A DNA stretch of 63,428 nucleotides, the filler included, from Octopus bimaculoides (lineage: Eukaryota), in the NCBI RefSeq assembly GCF_001194135.2. It is 6 parts of 6 records of this genome, joined end to end, with 100 filler letters (N's around TTAATTAATTAA, not from the genome) between each part and the next. Parts side by side here need not be neighbours in the genome. Positions count along the whole stretch, not along the records: positions 24,525 to 44,275 come from NC_068990.1; positions 44,376 to 51,938 come from NC_068984.1; 4 more parts are not named here. One strand, given 5' to 3'. Under the pieces are notes generated by a model. The model saw nothing but the letters and a program-made list of their open reading frames with translations, had not been told where the DNA came from and ran no database searches. The first letter of the stretch is position 1. Every line of letters begins with the position of its first letter. A program made the translations under genes and the position numbers. Of the stretch, positions 38,142 to 52,038 are shown piece by piece.

Positions 38142-39194
38142 ACGAGAGAGAAAGAGAGAGAACGAGAGAGAAAGAGAGAGAACGAGAGAGAGAGAAAAAG
38201 TGAGGTGAGTGAGTGAGTGAGTGCAGAATGATGGGGAGAGAGATATAATGTGAAAATTGTTTTTAATGACTGAACAAATATAGACTAAATAAATAATAGC
38301 CTAAAGGTAGCCTCTGATATCTCTGACAAAAACTAACCTCTTGATTGAAAAAACATTCAATAACAAATTATATTTAGAGATAGCGGAGACAAAATATGTA
38401 CATTGCTTTAGGAGATGTTCTAATCAGCTTTGGAGTTTATAAATAGAAGAATATTCTTAGAACTAAGTCCAAATAGCTAAGGCGATCTTAATGGAAATAT
38501 CATCGCCAAACTGAAAACAACAAATGTAAATGTTAAGGAGGAGAAAAGAAAAACAAAATCCAGAAATAAATAAATGTTAGAAAAAGAATTCAATGAATAA
38601 GTTCAAAGATTTCTATCCATAAAAACTTACACAAACATTGTGTTGTTATATTTGTATATACACTTGAGATTGGGTGAGTATGATTAGAAATGAATCCACA
38701 CACACACATACACACAAAACTGCTAGACAGCTGCAATNNNNNNNNNNNNNNNNNNNNNNNNNNNNNNNNNNNNNNGGGGGTAGCAATATAATTAGCAAAG
38801 AGAAGAAGAAAAAAATAAAAACAATAAATATCACAATAACAAAAACGACGATGATAATATTTCGATGATGAGTGAAATTATTAGAACATTCTAACATCTT
38901 GGGCCTATATATTATGGCAACAGCTGACAGAGAGCGAAAACTAAGAAGAAATGAAAAGTTCTTCAATAATTTCAAGTGAAAATATTACATTCCGGAGAGT
39001 CAGACACATCAACAGAAATGAGAAAGGAACAATCAAAACAGGTTTTCTCTAATTTCTGAATTTCTGTTTTTTCTTGCTGGTAAAATCCTTCCACCATGTC
39101 TCCTGGCAGTGTTGGGATATGCCATGCAAATAATACAGAGTAAAATAGCTGAATACCATAGAACAAACAACAATTGTGTATTATTTGTTTTTAA

Positions 39195-39410
39195 CCCTTT
39201 TTATTATCTGGAGACTGTCTTTCATTCTCTGATATAAACTTAATAATTTAAAGTGATCTAAATTAAAACTTTCCATTTAAATTCCATGTTAGTTCATGTT
39301 CCAAGAACAAGCTTAATAATGACAAAATTAGTTGGCTAAGTTCTTCACTATTTCCAAAATTAATTGAAACAAAAGTTGTATATTTTAATAGAAATATGGT
39401 GATGCTGGGG
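39195..39410. mobile_element. piggyBac-like MITE, second subfamily
   Basis: TTAA-CCCTTTT ... GGGG-TTAA; homologous to the 34914 copy. Confidence 0.7.
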
Positions 39411-39424
39411 TTAATGTAACGCTA

Positions 39425-39545
39425 TTTAGTTTATCAGGTTCAAATCCCACTGTGGGCCAGCTTTCATCTTCCTCGGGTCAATAAAATGAATTACCAGTCA
39501 AGTACTGGAATTGATATAATCAACTGCTCTCGTCCCACAAATGTT
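39425..39545 (+). mobile_element. SINE family 4, degenerate fragment
   Basis: ggttcaaatccc...ctttcatcttcctcgggtcaataaaatgaattaccag. Confidence 0.6.
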
Positions 39546-40551
39546 TAACGAATGCCTTTCATTTAATAGTAACATTTCTAATGAGAATGATGAGTTTGGC
39601 TCTTTCCAACAAGTCACTCAATTCTAGGTAGTTTCAGTAAAGCACACGCCTGCTCATATCATTCTCAAATGACAGCCTTGCATGCAATTTGCTTTGGGTT
39701 ATAAACATTGTAGAAAACCCTTGTGCACAGATATGTGAATGGGAACAGCAGAAGGCTTTCCGTACATTTTCTAGACACATAGGTTGTGTTTAGTTCCTAA
39801 ACACTTCAAAATTGCAGTCTTTTTAGAAACCCTAAATTTTTCTTGCATACCCACTAAAGGGTATATATACTTTGTAAAGCAGCTGATGTGAGGAAGGAGA
39901 TCCAGCTGTAAAAACCATGCCAAAGCAGCAGACATTGCAGCCTGATGCAGGCCTTGAACGAGTCACAGTTTCTAACCCGTGTCAGCATGGAATATGGACA
40001 TTAAAAGATTATCAGTGTTGTTCTTGTTGTTTATACTCTTCAAAGAAACAGAGAGTATAGAAACAAATTCAACAGTAAATTACATGCAACATATTCGACA
40101 AGCAAAAATGTATTCTCATAAAATACATATATATCTCCTTTCACTGCCACCAACACAAATCATAATATATACAGAGAAAAAAAAATTTATAAACTGACAC
40201 TTTGTTTTTATATTCAACATCAAAATCACATAGCTACTTTTGAAAACATCATGCAATAGCTAATCTAAAACTATAATTGAACAAAATGTTGACAAAACAA
40301 TGGTTCTCCTCCTCTCCACCTAAAAAAAAAGAAAAAAAAGCCAGCAACTTTTAATTGAGAAATTTAAAAGTTAACTGAAACCTATATGTCATGTGCACAT
40401 TCACAAACACACGTAAAACAGGATAAACAGCAACAGAAGTGGTGGGGAGGGATATGAAACAAAAAAAACTGAAATTTGAAAAAATTGTACAATACCCATG
40501 TGCTGGTATGGACTGGATCCTCTGATGTCATAAATCATGTGACTTTCTTCT

Positions 40552-40743
40552 TTAACAAATGCCTCCTGGCAAATGACGACAATAGCATGTTTGCCATAAA
40601 GAGCTCATTTGAATAGTTTGTAGAGATAAAGGAATGAGAGTTGTGAGAGAGAGAAGAGGAGAATAACCGTTTCCGATCAATGAATTTCCAATCATCTGTT
40701 TTTCTTCTAATGAAGGCAGGTATTTTGCAATAATTTCATTTCC
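40552..40743 (-). CDS. Candidate exon of an unidentified gene
   Basis: Strong acceptor ttttacttttctttgttttgacAG; 63 codons GNEIIAKYLP...CYCRHLPGGIC*, in frame with the 41211 exon. Confidence 0.4.
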   Translation of the reverse strand, partial: GNEIIAKYLPSLEEKQMIGNSLIGNGYSPLLSLTTLIPLSLQTIQMSSLWQTCYCRHLPGGIC

Positions 40744-40818
40744 CTGTCAAAACAAAGAAAAGTAAAATATTCAAGTGAAAAGTCATACAAATGAGAAAAA
40801 GCAAAAACAAGCATTAAT

Positions 40819-40868
<50 letters not shown>

Positions 40869-41210
40869 AATTTTGGGATTCACAATCAGGATATAAAATT
40901 ACTCAATACACATATATATCGTAGAAGAGTTTAGTCATTATATACACATATCATCTGTTTATCCTGTGATATGAAAACATAAAAGTGCTCAATGCATTCA
41001 ATAAAATAGAAAAACCTGATATTTGTTTATCACATGTAAGGTGAACAAAATTACTTATTTAGACCAAAAGTTTCCTTCAATATGGGATAAGGCACCAGCA
41101 TTTTAAGAACAGATCAAAATACTGTGATCTCTGTCTAATAAAGGAACTCCATTCCATACCATTTACCATCCAACTAAAAAAATAAAAAAATCTAAGCAAA
41201 ATATTTTGAC

Positions 41211-41286
41211 CTGCCAATTTACATGATGAAGTTCCTCTGAGTGATGTCCTGAAGTATGATGAATGGAAACTGATGTCAGGGACCAT
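41211..41286 (-). CDS. Candidate internal exon of an unidentified gene
   Basis: tttgctttcAG acceptor and CAG|GTCAAA donor; 76 nt reading WSLTSVSIHHTSGHHSEELHHVNWQ and ending in phase 0. Confidence 0.35.
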
Positions 41287-41943
41287 CTGAAAGCAAACTC
41301 AATGCTATTCTAAACAATCAGCTCTTCTCGGTCATCTTGTCATCACTCAATCCACTGATGAATCTAGTTGACTATGAAACCAATTGATCAAACATTTTAA
41401 TCTGGATGTGTTATTCTGTTTACCTTACATATGTCAAAATGCACACACAATGCAGTAAATTAGCAGTCTGGAATGTTTCATAGAATGCCTTGTGGTATTT
41501 TATGACTCACTGTATTCACAGTTCAAATCCTATCAAGATTCACTTTGCATTTCAGTTTTCCAGGGTCACTACAAAAATAAAAATAAAAAAATAAAAAAAA
41601 CAGCCCCCACCCGTTCCACAAAAAACAGCAATCGAAGTTGGAAGTGTCAGAGGGTCCAGCAAGATGCCTTGTGGTATCTGTTCTAGACCTTTCTTGCTCT
41701 GATGACATTGTGCCAAAGCTGTACTGACCAAGTTGGCAACCTTTTCTTTGGATAAGAATTGGTATTGTGCAGATTTACAAGCATGGGCAACTGCCAGACT
41801 TCCTCAAGTCTTGCCCAGGCCTCTACAGACATTTGCAGATACATGGTTAACCTTTGTAAATGGAGGCCCTTATCTATGTGTGTGTGTGTGTGTGTGTGCA
41901 TACACATGTGAAAGTGAGAGAGAGGGAGACATGCATGTCAGGG

Positions 41944-42565
41944 ATCTGGCTGTGTGGTTAAGAAGCTCATTTTGCAACCATTGTAGGTTTGGGTCCCGTC
42001 TCATTGTACTCTGCTTGGGTACTCTACTAGAGTACAGGACCAACAAATGTCATATGAGTGGATTTAGTAGACAGAAACTGTGTGGAAGCCCTGTATGCAA
42101 ATGCTTTTGTGGCCTAGTGGTTAGGCTGTTGCATTCAGGATTGCTAGATTATGGGTTCAATTCCTTAACTGGGTGGCACATTGTGTTCTTGAGCAAAACA
42201 CTTCATTGCATGTTGCTGCAGTCCCCCTTGTGATTGGGGATGGGGAGGAAGCTGGCCTGCTGACCTAGCCAGCAGGGTGGCAGCATTTGAAGGTAAAAAA
42301 ACAATGCAAAAGCGCATTGTGACCAGTGATGTGTAACAACATGACAGCCTGGTCAGTCATGTGATCATGTGATATACCCCCTCCACCACTTGACAACTAG
42401 TGTTGGTTTGTTTACATCTCTCAAAGCAATTTAGCAAAAATGGCCAACAGAATAGGTACCAGACTTAGAAAATAAGTGCTGGAGTTGATTTGTTCAACTA
42501 AACCCTTCAAGGTGGTGCCCCAGCATGGCCACAGTATAACCAGTGAAACAAGTAAAAGATCAAAG
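41944..42565 (+). mobile_element. SINE family 3 hosting a nested SINE
   Basis: Head 41944-42096 and tail ~42380-42565. Confidence 0.75.
42108..42375 (+). mobile_element. Family-2-head SINE with a third tail, nested in a family-3 SINE
   Basis: gtggcctagtggttagg...tgtgttcttgagcaaaacacttcattg followed by an unrelated tail; flanked by family-3 head and tail. Confidence 0.7.
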
Positions 42566-44106
42566 AGGCTGACTCAATAAACTTTGACCATTGCTTACTA
42601 ATGAGCCGCAAAATAAAGATGATGTTCTTAGCGCAGTTGTTGATTTACAGTGTTAAGTACAATTATCAACATAGTTATTATCACTTTCCAGTTAAATGCA
42701 GGACAGAATCAATATAATTGGTAGAGAATCAAAATGATTGGCCTTTTGTACAGACAAATGTTTCTTAAGGCAATATCAATAGAATGACAATGTTTATGAA
42801 ATGATAGGTAGACGTACAATCTTTCAGATGGTGGGCCATTGGCTTACCTTCATTCACGTACTCTGAAAAGGCCAACAAGAACAGCCTTCAAATTACAAAC
42901 TCACTTATAAGTTCATCATCATCATCATGCTTTTCTTCTTCTTTTTTAAGGTAGCATGAGTTAGATGGCTCTCCAGTCAGCAACTCTTGCTTGTTCAAGT
43001 ACAATATTTCTTTATCAAACATAAGAAACAACTAAGCTACAGACTTTTGTTTATGAGAGGCATAAAACACCATAACTGTTTTTCTTACACACACAGGCTT
43101 CAGAACAGTTTCCAACTACTGAATTTGATTTACATAGCATTGGTCAGCCCAAAGCTATAATAGAAGACACTCACCATACAGTGAAATGGAACACAAGAGT
43201 AAAGTTCTTAATTTCAGTCATGCTTCCACCAAACTTATAAAGTTCCTTTCAACATTTCTAAATCATCACAGTCTCATCTTCTAGATGAAGTGATGATAGT
43301 GTGTGTTGCTTCCTGTTATAAATAGACAGGGTCAATGTGATTGGTGTAGAGATTAGTGCTCATTAGATTTTCTACATCATCATCAAATGTTTAGCTTTGT
43401 GATTAATGTATAATTGTCTTGACATTGTACTGTGCTAGGAGTACTGCTTCCATAATTAATTATCTACTCTTGTGAGGAATTCTGTATGGGATACATGCAT
43501 TGTTCATTAACATTTTCCAAGCAGGGTTTTTTTTTTGTGTGTGTGTCATTTAGTCCATAACAATTGCTTTTTGTTTTAAGTGCTTGATGAGCTGGTAAGA
43601 GAGTGCTCTTCCCAGATGGCTAAAATAACAGTTAGGAAGCTTAGAGCTTTCACATTTGCAAATAACATATCTATTCCACACAAAATTTCCTGTAGCAACA
43701 TAGAAATCTAATGAAGAAAACTTCAGATTTCCGTGCTGATATCTACATTAGTCATAGAAGCTTTGCCTAGAATGAGGAAGCAAGAACACATAACAACATC
43801 ACTTGACTGAGGATGGGACCACAGATGTCTACAAGTATTGGTGATGGCTTTAGCAACTTTACTATTCCGAGAAAACAGCAACTAACTCATGGAAATATTA
43901 TAAGAATAAAATTTTGATTTAAAAAAGTTTAACCTAGAACANNNNNNNNNNNNNNNNCCCCCACCCCCATTACCCTTTCCACTGATCTTTCTTTTCTTTT
44001 AAAGATCTCCTTTCCATATTCTCTACAGATTCTCAATGTCTCTTTTTCAACCCTCAACCCAAACCAGGATGGGAAACAGGTGTACAATGATAATGATGAC
44101 GATGAT

Positions 44107-44275
44107 AGGTGTGGCTGTGTGGTTAGAAGCTTGCTTCCCCACTACATGGTTCCAGGTTCAGTCCCACTGCATGGCACCTTGGGCAAGTGTCTTCTACTAT
44201 AGCCTCAGGCCGACCAAAGCCTTGTGAATGGATTTGGTAGTCAGAAACTGAAAGAAGCCCAACGTGTGTGTATAT
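44107..44275 (+). mobile_element. SINE family 3 head, cut by spacer
   Basis: Intact head ending in microsatellite at the spacer. Confidence 0.85.
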
Positions 44276-44375
44276 NNNNNNNNNNNNNNNNNNNNNNNNN
44301 NNNNNNNNNNNNNNNNNNNTTAATTAATTAANNNNNNNNNNNNNNNNNNNNNNNNNNNNNNNNNNNNNNNNNNNN
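44276..44375. other. Artificial scaffold spacer
   Basis: 44 N + TTAATTAATTAA + 44 N. Confidence 0.97.
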
Positions 44376-44714
44376 ATATACTTTCATTGTGATTTCTGCA
44401 ATGTGGTGCATAAATTGTCAAGTAAATGAGACGCATCTTTGCCTCCACTGATTCACTTGCAAAGTGTTGAGTAAAATTATTTCGTTGCAGACATCCTTTG
44501 GGTCTTTTTATTATCACTACGGCACACATAGTCCCAAGTTGGTAACATTGATTTCAAGACCCTCCTAGATGAGAGACTGGCATTCCACTTAATGTCTATG
44601 TTCCATGCTGGCATGGATTGGAGAGTTATTAATGTAGAAATATGGTATCGTAGCTACTAACAGTTGAGGGTTGCGTAGTCTAGACGGCGTTTTTAGATTT
44701 CATTATTCTCTTTA

Positions 44715-44743
44715 ACCCGGGCAAAGCCGGGTATTTCTGCTAG
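44715..44743 (+). mobile_element. Helitron-like 3' terminus
   Basis: GC-rich hairpin acccgg-gcaaag-ccgggt, then CTAG (44740-44743) followed by T. Confidence 0.65.
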
Positions 44744-44885
44744 TATATATATATATATATACACATATATGTACATACATATATATATTGATAGAAAAGA
44801 TAAGACAAAAAAAGAAAGAAAGAGACCTCGATATTATGTAAATAGAGGAATTTATCTGTAAATAACATGTGACAATTATTCGGCA

Positions 44886-44954
44886 GCCATGATAAAACTC
44901 TGAGTTTCGGATGCCGGGGCGGGAACCACGCCGCCATCTCTTCAGTTATCTGGC
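44886..44954 (-). ncRNA. Type I hammerhead ribozyme fold
   Basis: Helix I gccagataa / ttatc(a)tggc (9 bp, one bulge); core CUGAAGA; branched helix II; GAA; helix III ACUC-A-GAGU; GUU site at 44896|44895. Confidence 0.75.
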
Positions 44955-44960
44955 CATCGA

Positions 44961-45020
44961 TGTGTGTATGAATATATACATGTGTGTATGAATATATACC
45001 TGTGTGTATGAATATATACC
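44961..45020 (+). repeat. 20-bp minisatellite x3
   Basis: tgtgtgtatgaatatatac(a/c). Confidence 0.9.
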
Positions 45021-45714
45021 TGTTTGTTTGTATGCATATGAATGCATGTATGTACTTGTATATGAATGTAAGCTGGCTAGTTTAACAATGGCTAAATATT
45101 GATAGGACTAGAAAATACTCTCCAGAGATTTGCTGAAGCGTAAATAGACTCATATTTTCATTAAATGGTTATATTCGATGTTTATTCTCTTTACCTCTTT
45201 TGCTGACATGAAAACTCTTGTTTTAGTCATCAAAATTCTGAGTTTTATATCATACGATATTTTACTCGAAAAGATGAAGACATACACATGTCATAATGTT
45301 CACGTGTATCTAGCTGCCACATAGATCAATCCTAACTTTTATAACTATTCCGACTTATTATTTCCCATGTGTAGCAGTTAGGAAGCATTGTCACAATTAT
45401 AATAAGACAAGATATTTTCGATTGTGAGCAAACGATTCTGATTTGCTTCTATTCTCCCGTTCGCCAACTTAAAATTCTGCTCCCAGTTGACTTCACTTTA
45501 TTGCAAGGTTGCGTTGGAAAATATCGCTTTTGAAATATACTTGCAGAAACTTGGAGACCCGTAGAAACATTTAAATCGTGAGTGGAGGCAATCTATGATA
45601 AACATATGCATATGTTTTTTAAAGGTAGTATAAATACTTAATGTTTCATCGTGTGATTGTAGGCATGTGTGTATATGAGTGCATAGACAAAGAACCAGCG
45701 ATTAGGGAGCGAGG

Positions 45715-45722
45715 GAGAGGGA

Positions 45723-45800
<78 letters not shown>
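45715..45800. repeat. (GA)n microsatellite
   Basis: Directly visible. Confidence 0.95.
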
Positions 45801-45802
<2 letters not shown>

Positions 45803-46699
45803 TGGGCTGGTAAATTTTCCGACTGTAAATTTTCCGACTTCTATTAAACATTGATTTAGACTGTCTGTAAAAATGTTAACGCAATCGTTAAAGTCTAATA
45901 TTTCCTTTCTGTTACTGGATCTGAAATAACCAGCTTCAATTTCAATTAAAACAATATCAGCTATCTGTCTCACATATCCATGTTACAGAAAATGAAATTA
46001 GATTACAATTCTTCAAAATATACACTAGCACCAAACTAAATTAATTTAATTTACATAATAGCGATATAATTTGACAACAGTAATTCATGAAATATTAAAG
46101 GAGACAATATGTACGGCTCGAATGAGTATGAACGTGCAGGCAAATGTATGAGTAAGATCATTTAGAAACAATTTACTTAGTTTTATATAAAAAACGCAAA
46201 CTGAGATAATTTGAAAGGAAGGAAAAACTATCTTGTGCTCTCATTTTCTCTGTGCTCTCTTCTATTTCTTTCTTCCTTGCTCTCAATCTCTCAATAGTGA
46301 GGGGAAACTATATATTGACATGTTCATTTTACTCTATTTGACTGTTTATATATTTTTGTTTATCTCTGTTATGATTGTCCTTATTCATTTAGTATACCTT
46401 CCTTTCGTCCTTGCTCTCTTTCTTCCTATCTTTATTTACAATCAGAACTTGTCTTCCTTGTTTCTCCCGTTTTCTTAAATATATATATTTCTGACTCATT
46501 ATCCTGTATTTTGTTGTTTTATTTTCCTTCTAATTTTATTTCTCTCACCATTTTGTAGACTTTAAGTTCTTTCTCTTTTCTTTTCTCCTTTTCTCTTCGT
46601 TCTTTGTCCTTTTATACTTTTTGTATCAATTGCTTTCCTTTTACTTCCCCCAGAAAATACTTAGAAAATGCCTCGCCATCATTAATTCTCTGTAACAGA

Positions 46700-47460
46700 A
46701 TGTAATAAAATGTTCCCTGAATACATGCTGTGGATAAGGCCCCAGTTGTCCTTGGTATATCCTATACAGTTCCAGACAACTACTATGTTGAAACGTACAT
46801 ATTATCAACTAAAATCACTTGCATTTATCTCAATTCCGCATTTCATTCCCCCTCTATCACATTTCCTGGTCTTCTCTTCATTCTCAATTACCCTCCTCTT
46901 TTCACTTTACTGTGTCCTTTTCATTTTTTCTCGTCCCTCCTTAATTCTTCTATCCCTCTGCCTCTAACTTTCTCTCTTCTCTCCCCACGTGACCGGTGTT
47001 CAGCCAAACCTGACCTTTCTTTCTTGGATCGACTAACACCCGTGCAACATCTATACTTCTCCCTGTGAAATCTTGTATCCCTGCCGTAAGGCATTACTTC
47101 CACATACGCCAGTTTAATTTAATTCGTCCTTAGTCGAAAGACACCTGTTCTTATCTCCTGTTATTTGCATTGTGTTTGTGTAACATTCTCCGTTTTTCCG
47201 TCCTAGTTTTCGTATACATTCGCTGCTTTCGTCCAAAGAATCTAATGCTCTTAGCTTAGTTTTCCCTTGGGGATGGCCAGATTGGAGCAATCTTTAGTAT
47301 AACCAACCGAGATCGCATACCCTCGACTGAGGGTAGAAAACTCCGAATGACTCGTCCTTATTTTCCTTGTATCATCTGTCTGGATTTTTGTTGACCCTTT
47401 TTTTATATCACCTAACTGTCGGGATGTTTTGCGTTCTTGTCCCATTTTTGTATTTTTATA
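46700..47460 (+). mobile_element. Probable Penelope-like remnant
   Basis: CT-rich tract followed by a higher-complexity terminus with a decayed hammerhead-like motif at 47322-47352; same layout as the 24550 element. Confidence 0.35.
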
Positions 47461-47655
47461 TATAAAAAATATAGCGGCCTATGTACACATAGGTCTCTTA
47501 TATGTCGAGAGACGCAGATGAACCTACTTCACGGCAAGAGGTGCAAATGAAGGTAGCTACATCAAACTTCAATCTCAGTAATAAAAGTGTAGCAAAACAG
47601 CCGTGATCCAGCATGGCCACAGCTATGAGCTGAAACTACTACAAATATCTATCTG

Positions 47656-47717
<62 letters not shown>

Positions 47718-48768
47718 NNNNNNNNNNNNNNNNNNNNNNNNNNNNNNNNNNNNNNNNNNNNNNNNNNNNNNNNNNNNNNNNNNNNNNNNNNNNNNNNNNN
47801 NNNNNNNNNNNNNNNNNNNNNNNNNNNNNNNNNNNNNNNNNNNNNNNNNNNNNNNNNNNNNNNNNNNNNNNNNNNNNNNNNNNNNNNNNNNNNNNNNNNN
47901 NNNNNNNNNNNNNNNNNNNNNNNNNNNNNNNNNNNNNNNNNNNNNNNNNNNNNNNNNNNNNNNNNNNNNNNNNNNNNNNNNNNNNNNNNNNNNNNNNNNN
48001 NNNNNNNNNNNNNNNNNNNNNNNNNNNNNNNNNNNNNNNNNNNNNNNNNNNNNNNNNNNNNNNNNNNNNNNNNNNNNNNNNNNNNNNNNNNNNNNNNNNN
48101 NNNNNNNNNNNNNNNNNNNNNNNNNNNNNNNNNNNNNNNNNNNNNNNNNNNNNNNNNNNNNNNNNNNNNNNNNNNNNNNNNNNNNNNNNNNNNNNNNNNN
48201 NNNNNNNNNNNNNNNNNNNNNNNNNNNNNNNNNNNNNNNNNNNNNNNNNNNNNNNNNNNNNNNNNNNNNNNNNNNNNNNNNNNNNNNNNNNNNNNNNNNN
48301 NNNNNNNNNNNNNNNNNNNNNNNNNNNNNNNNNNNNNNNNNNNNNNNNNNNNNNNNNNNNNNNNNNNNNNNNNNNNNNNNNNNNNNNNNNNNNNNNNNNN
48401 NNNNNNNNNNNNNNNNNNNNNNNNNNNNNNNNNNNNNNNNNNNNNNNNNNNNNNNNNNNNNNNNNNNNNNNNNNNNNNNNNNNNNNNNNNNNNNNNNNNN
48501 NNNNNNNNNNNNNNNNNNGATTCTTGTTTATTTTTATATATATTGACCATACGTGTACTGATGAACAAAAGAATACAGGTTACTTCACAGTTTTTTTCTG
48601 TATTTGATTGAGAAACCAGTGGTCTACCGTTGAGTTAAATGTTTTTAAGAGATAAATTTTGAAAAGATGCATTCCCTCGCTTTCGGTAAATATGTTACTT
48701 ATTTTTGGTAGTTTTTTTTACTTATTTAGTCCCTCGATAGCGTGAGGCATTGATACACAGTTAATGCC

Positions 48769-48809
<41 letters not shown>

Positions 48810-50647
48810 TGAGTGGACAAAGGAAGAAAAAAGCACTCAACACATTAATTGGAAGTTACATGTATGTTTCCAAAGAGTTCGATTCGGATCCAATGCAACT
48901 TCAACTTCGAGATTCAACTTCAAGTTTCGCTCACTATGGAATATATGTAGTTCGGGTTTTTTCTACTCCATTTCTTAACTTTCGAATATATATATGTGTG
49001 CGTGTGTGTGCGCGCGAGCGTGTATGTATGTATTTATGTATGTATGCATTAAGCTATATATCTATCTATTTGTATGTATATATATATATATGTGTGTGTG
49101 TGTGTATGTGTGTGTGTGTGTCTGTGTGTGTGTGTCTGTGTGTGTGTGTGTGTGTATACAGAGATAGAGAGAGAGAGAGAAGGTTGCTTGTTACTTCCGA
49201 TCACATAGTGGCATTGGTTTCGCACTTATAAACTGCTCAGCTGTATCGATGACGCGTCATAGTCAAATGGCAGGAGGATAATAATAGAGAGATATATATT
49301 TATGCACAAATAATGTGCACATTAGATTAATATTTCCTACGGTTGATGCTACTTCTGTCCGATATGCCAGAAAGGTAATGCATTTATCTAAATTATATAT
49401 CGAAGATATATTTTTGTGTTTATCAAAATCGTAAGTACCAATGATTATTTGATACTTGAGTCAATATTGACTGTATACTTCCCTTTACTTCCCTTTGGTT
49501 CTTCTTCCAAGATATTCTGCCATTAGAACATATATTAGTTTCTTTTTATGCCATTTTTTTTCTCATTGATTACGCTGTTGGTTCATGAAGACATTATAAT
49601 TTGAAACATTATATACTAAGAACAACTGTATAAAATTCAAAATCAAAAATACATTAAATGTACTTTTGAGTGAATTACATACTTTGCAAAATCTGAAAAT
49701 TTTCCTAACGATCATAGTCCACTGCAAACATTTAAATCGAAAACGACACACTATTTTGAATAATAAAAGCAGAAAAAACAAGTTTAGAATTATAAGGCGT
49801 GGAACATTACGATTAAAAATTATATAAATGCGCACTCAAATCTACATGACATATAGAGGCATAAGATTTAAACCATAATCAATATCAGTAGACTTATACA
49901 CTATTTATAAAGTTGATTATTTTTCTATTTCCTATTGCTTTCTGTTGATACCTACAAATCTAATAAGATATTTTATTCATACATATATGAGTGTATTATC
50001 TCAGTTGACAAAGTAGAAGATGGAGTCAGAAATGTTCAAGCGAATATGTTTGTAAAATAGAAATAGAAAGAAAAACATTAAAATATATAAAATGCAAGTA
50101 TATTCAATAATAATACATAAAACTTTTGGTGTCCGAAGCAGTCATTAAGAAAAGAAATAACAACGGCGCCAAAATCTTCAATCCATTTTCCTCTTCCTGT
50201 TCTTAATGTAATGCAGATATGGAAATTTTGTTTTATGCACTCGAAAGTTCGTTATTTTTAATGTAATTTATATTTCAGTATTTTCTTTAACTTTCTCTTC
50301 TTATTAAGAACTAATATGTCTTTATGTTTAAATTTGTACCTAATTGGTAACCCCTTCATTAGGAAACCTGAAAGGCATCAGAAAATACATGAATAAACAT
50401 ATTTAATAGTAAATATATATAAACTACAAAAGCCAGTATCGAGTCAATATCACCTGACTAACTCTCATGTATTCAGATGTTAGAAACGAATTCTCTCATA
50501 TTGATTAAATGAACCTATTAAATTTTTTTGTACTTCAAAAGTATATTTTCAGCAAAAATTTTATATATATACATGTGTGTGCACTTATATGTATATCTGC
50601 GTGTGTGTATGCGCTTTGTGTGCGAGTGTACTGTGTATGTGTATTTC

Positions 50648-50649
<2 letters not shown>

Positions 50650-50715
<66 letters not shown>
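50650..50715. repeat. (TG)n microsatellite
   Basis: Directly visible. Confidence 0.95.
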
Positions 50716-50717
<2 letters not shown>

Positions 50718-51938
50718 GACGTGTGCCTTGCGTGTGTAAGTGTGCATGGCTGTTCGTCAGTTTGTATATATTCTTACAAAACAGACTCTATACCAATTTT
50801 CTTATATTCTATATAAAGAATATATTTTCACCCAATTATCTTGTTTATAGCAGCTCTTATTGACTGCGGTATTTGAACAACAACATTATGCAAAAGCATG
50901 TAAACTATGGTTGTAGAAGGTCAATGCTTCACATGAAATCGATGAAGTTTATGCATAACAAACAGAAGTTGTATATTTTCAAATATTCCTTGAGGACAGC
51001 AATTATTATCATCTACAAAAAAGGCTGTGCTCACCATTGTTTTCTATAGACAGTTTTTGTATCTCATACAAATTTACGTAGGTTATGGTGTTTATACTTA
51101 TACAGCTCTTCTATGTAAACATTACCAGCCGCCCATCCCTAGTGTATATGTTTTGTATAAAAGCCCCTTTGCTGCGGGATAGCATCTGGAGAAACGCCCT
51201 ACAAGTCGAGTGTTACAGAAACCCGAGTGTCCGAGATTAGGCGAGAGAACTGGCTCCTAAGTAATTGAGAAGAGTAGATGTCGATATTTCGTCATTTTTG
51301 TGGCTTATTTAGATAACAGTTTTAGCATAAACTCGATTCAACTCGAAACCAAATTATCTACTGGCCTTGTCCTTATATAAAAACAGTGTGAAGTGTATAT
51401 CCTGATATTCCGCGGCACGGTGCTTGTGAAAGAAAATTAACATGTTATAGAAAAGCCACAATAATGGTGAAATGACGATAGCCACCATTTTCAGTCACTT
51501 AAGAGAGAGAGTTGCCTGGCTGGGTTGGAGACACTCTATGTTCTTTGACAGTCGTATGGGGAGCTTTATTGCAACATTTGGGCGTTTAGACAAAACACAT
51601 AGACAATGTATGTGCGACGGATAATGCTTTTTAATTAATACATGCATACATGTTTATATATAAACAAGATTGGACACTTGTACACAAAGCGCGTGTGTTG
51701 TTAGTTTATCGGGTGGATGCATTTCTTAGACGTAAGAGATCATAATCATGTCTTTGGTCAGGAGTGTTACGTTAATGGCATAGAGGATATATTCTCTTAC
51801 GCCTAAATACGCAGCTGACCGACAAACTAACAGCACACACACACTTTATGTATGTGTGTTCGATTTTGTGTATATACCTCGAGCTGCTTCACATTCATAT
51901 TTATTTAAATAAATAAATAAATAAATATATATATATAT

Positions 51939-52038
51939 NNNNNNNNNNNNNNNNNNNNNNNNNNNNNNNNNNNNNNNNNNNNTTAATTAATTAANNNNNN
52001 NNNNNNNNNNNNNNNNNNNNNNNNNNNNNNNNNNNNNN
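51939..52038. other. Artificial scaffold spacer
   Basis: 44 N + TTAATTAATTAA + 44 N. Confidence 0.97.

Noticed and set aside
41590-41800. Minus-frame EQIPQGILLDPL (RT-like PQG) and GPSDTSNFD (AGC-kinase-tail-like) peptides
   Set aside because: These are short motifs without supporting flanking domains or clear splice sites, so they are probably chance.
49563-49835. 90-aa hydrophobic ORF
   Set aside because: AT-rich composition explains it; no motif or splice support.
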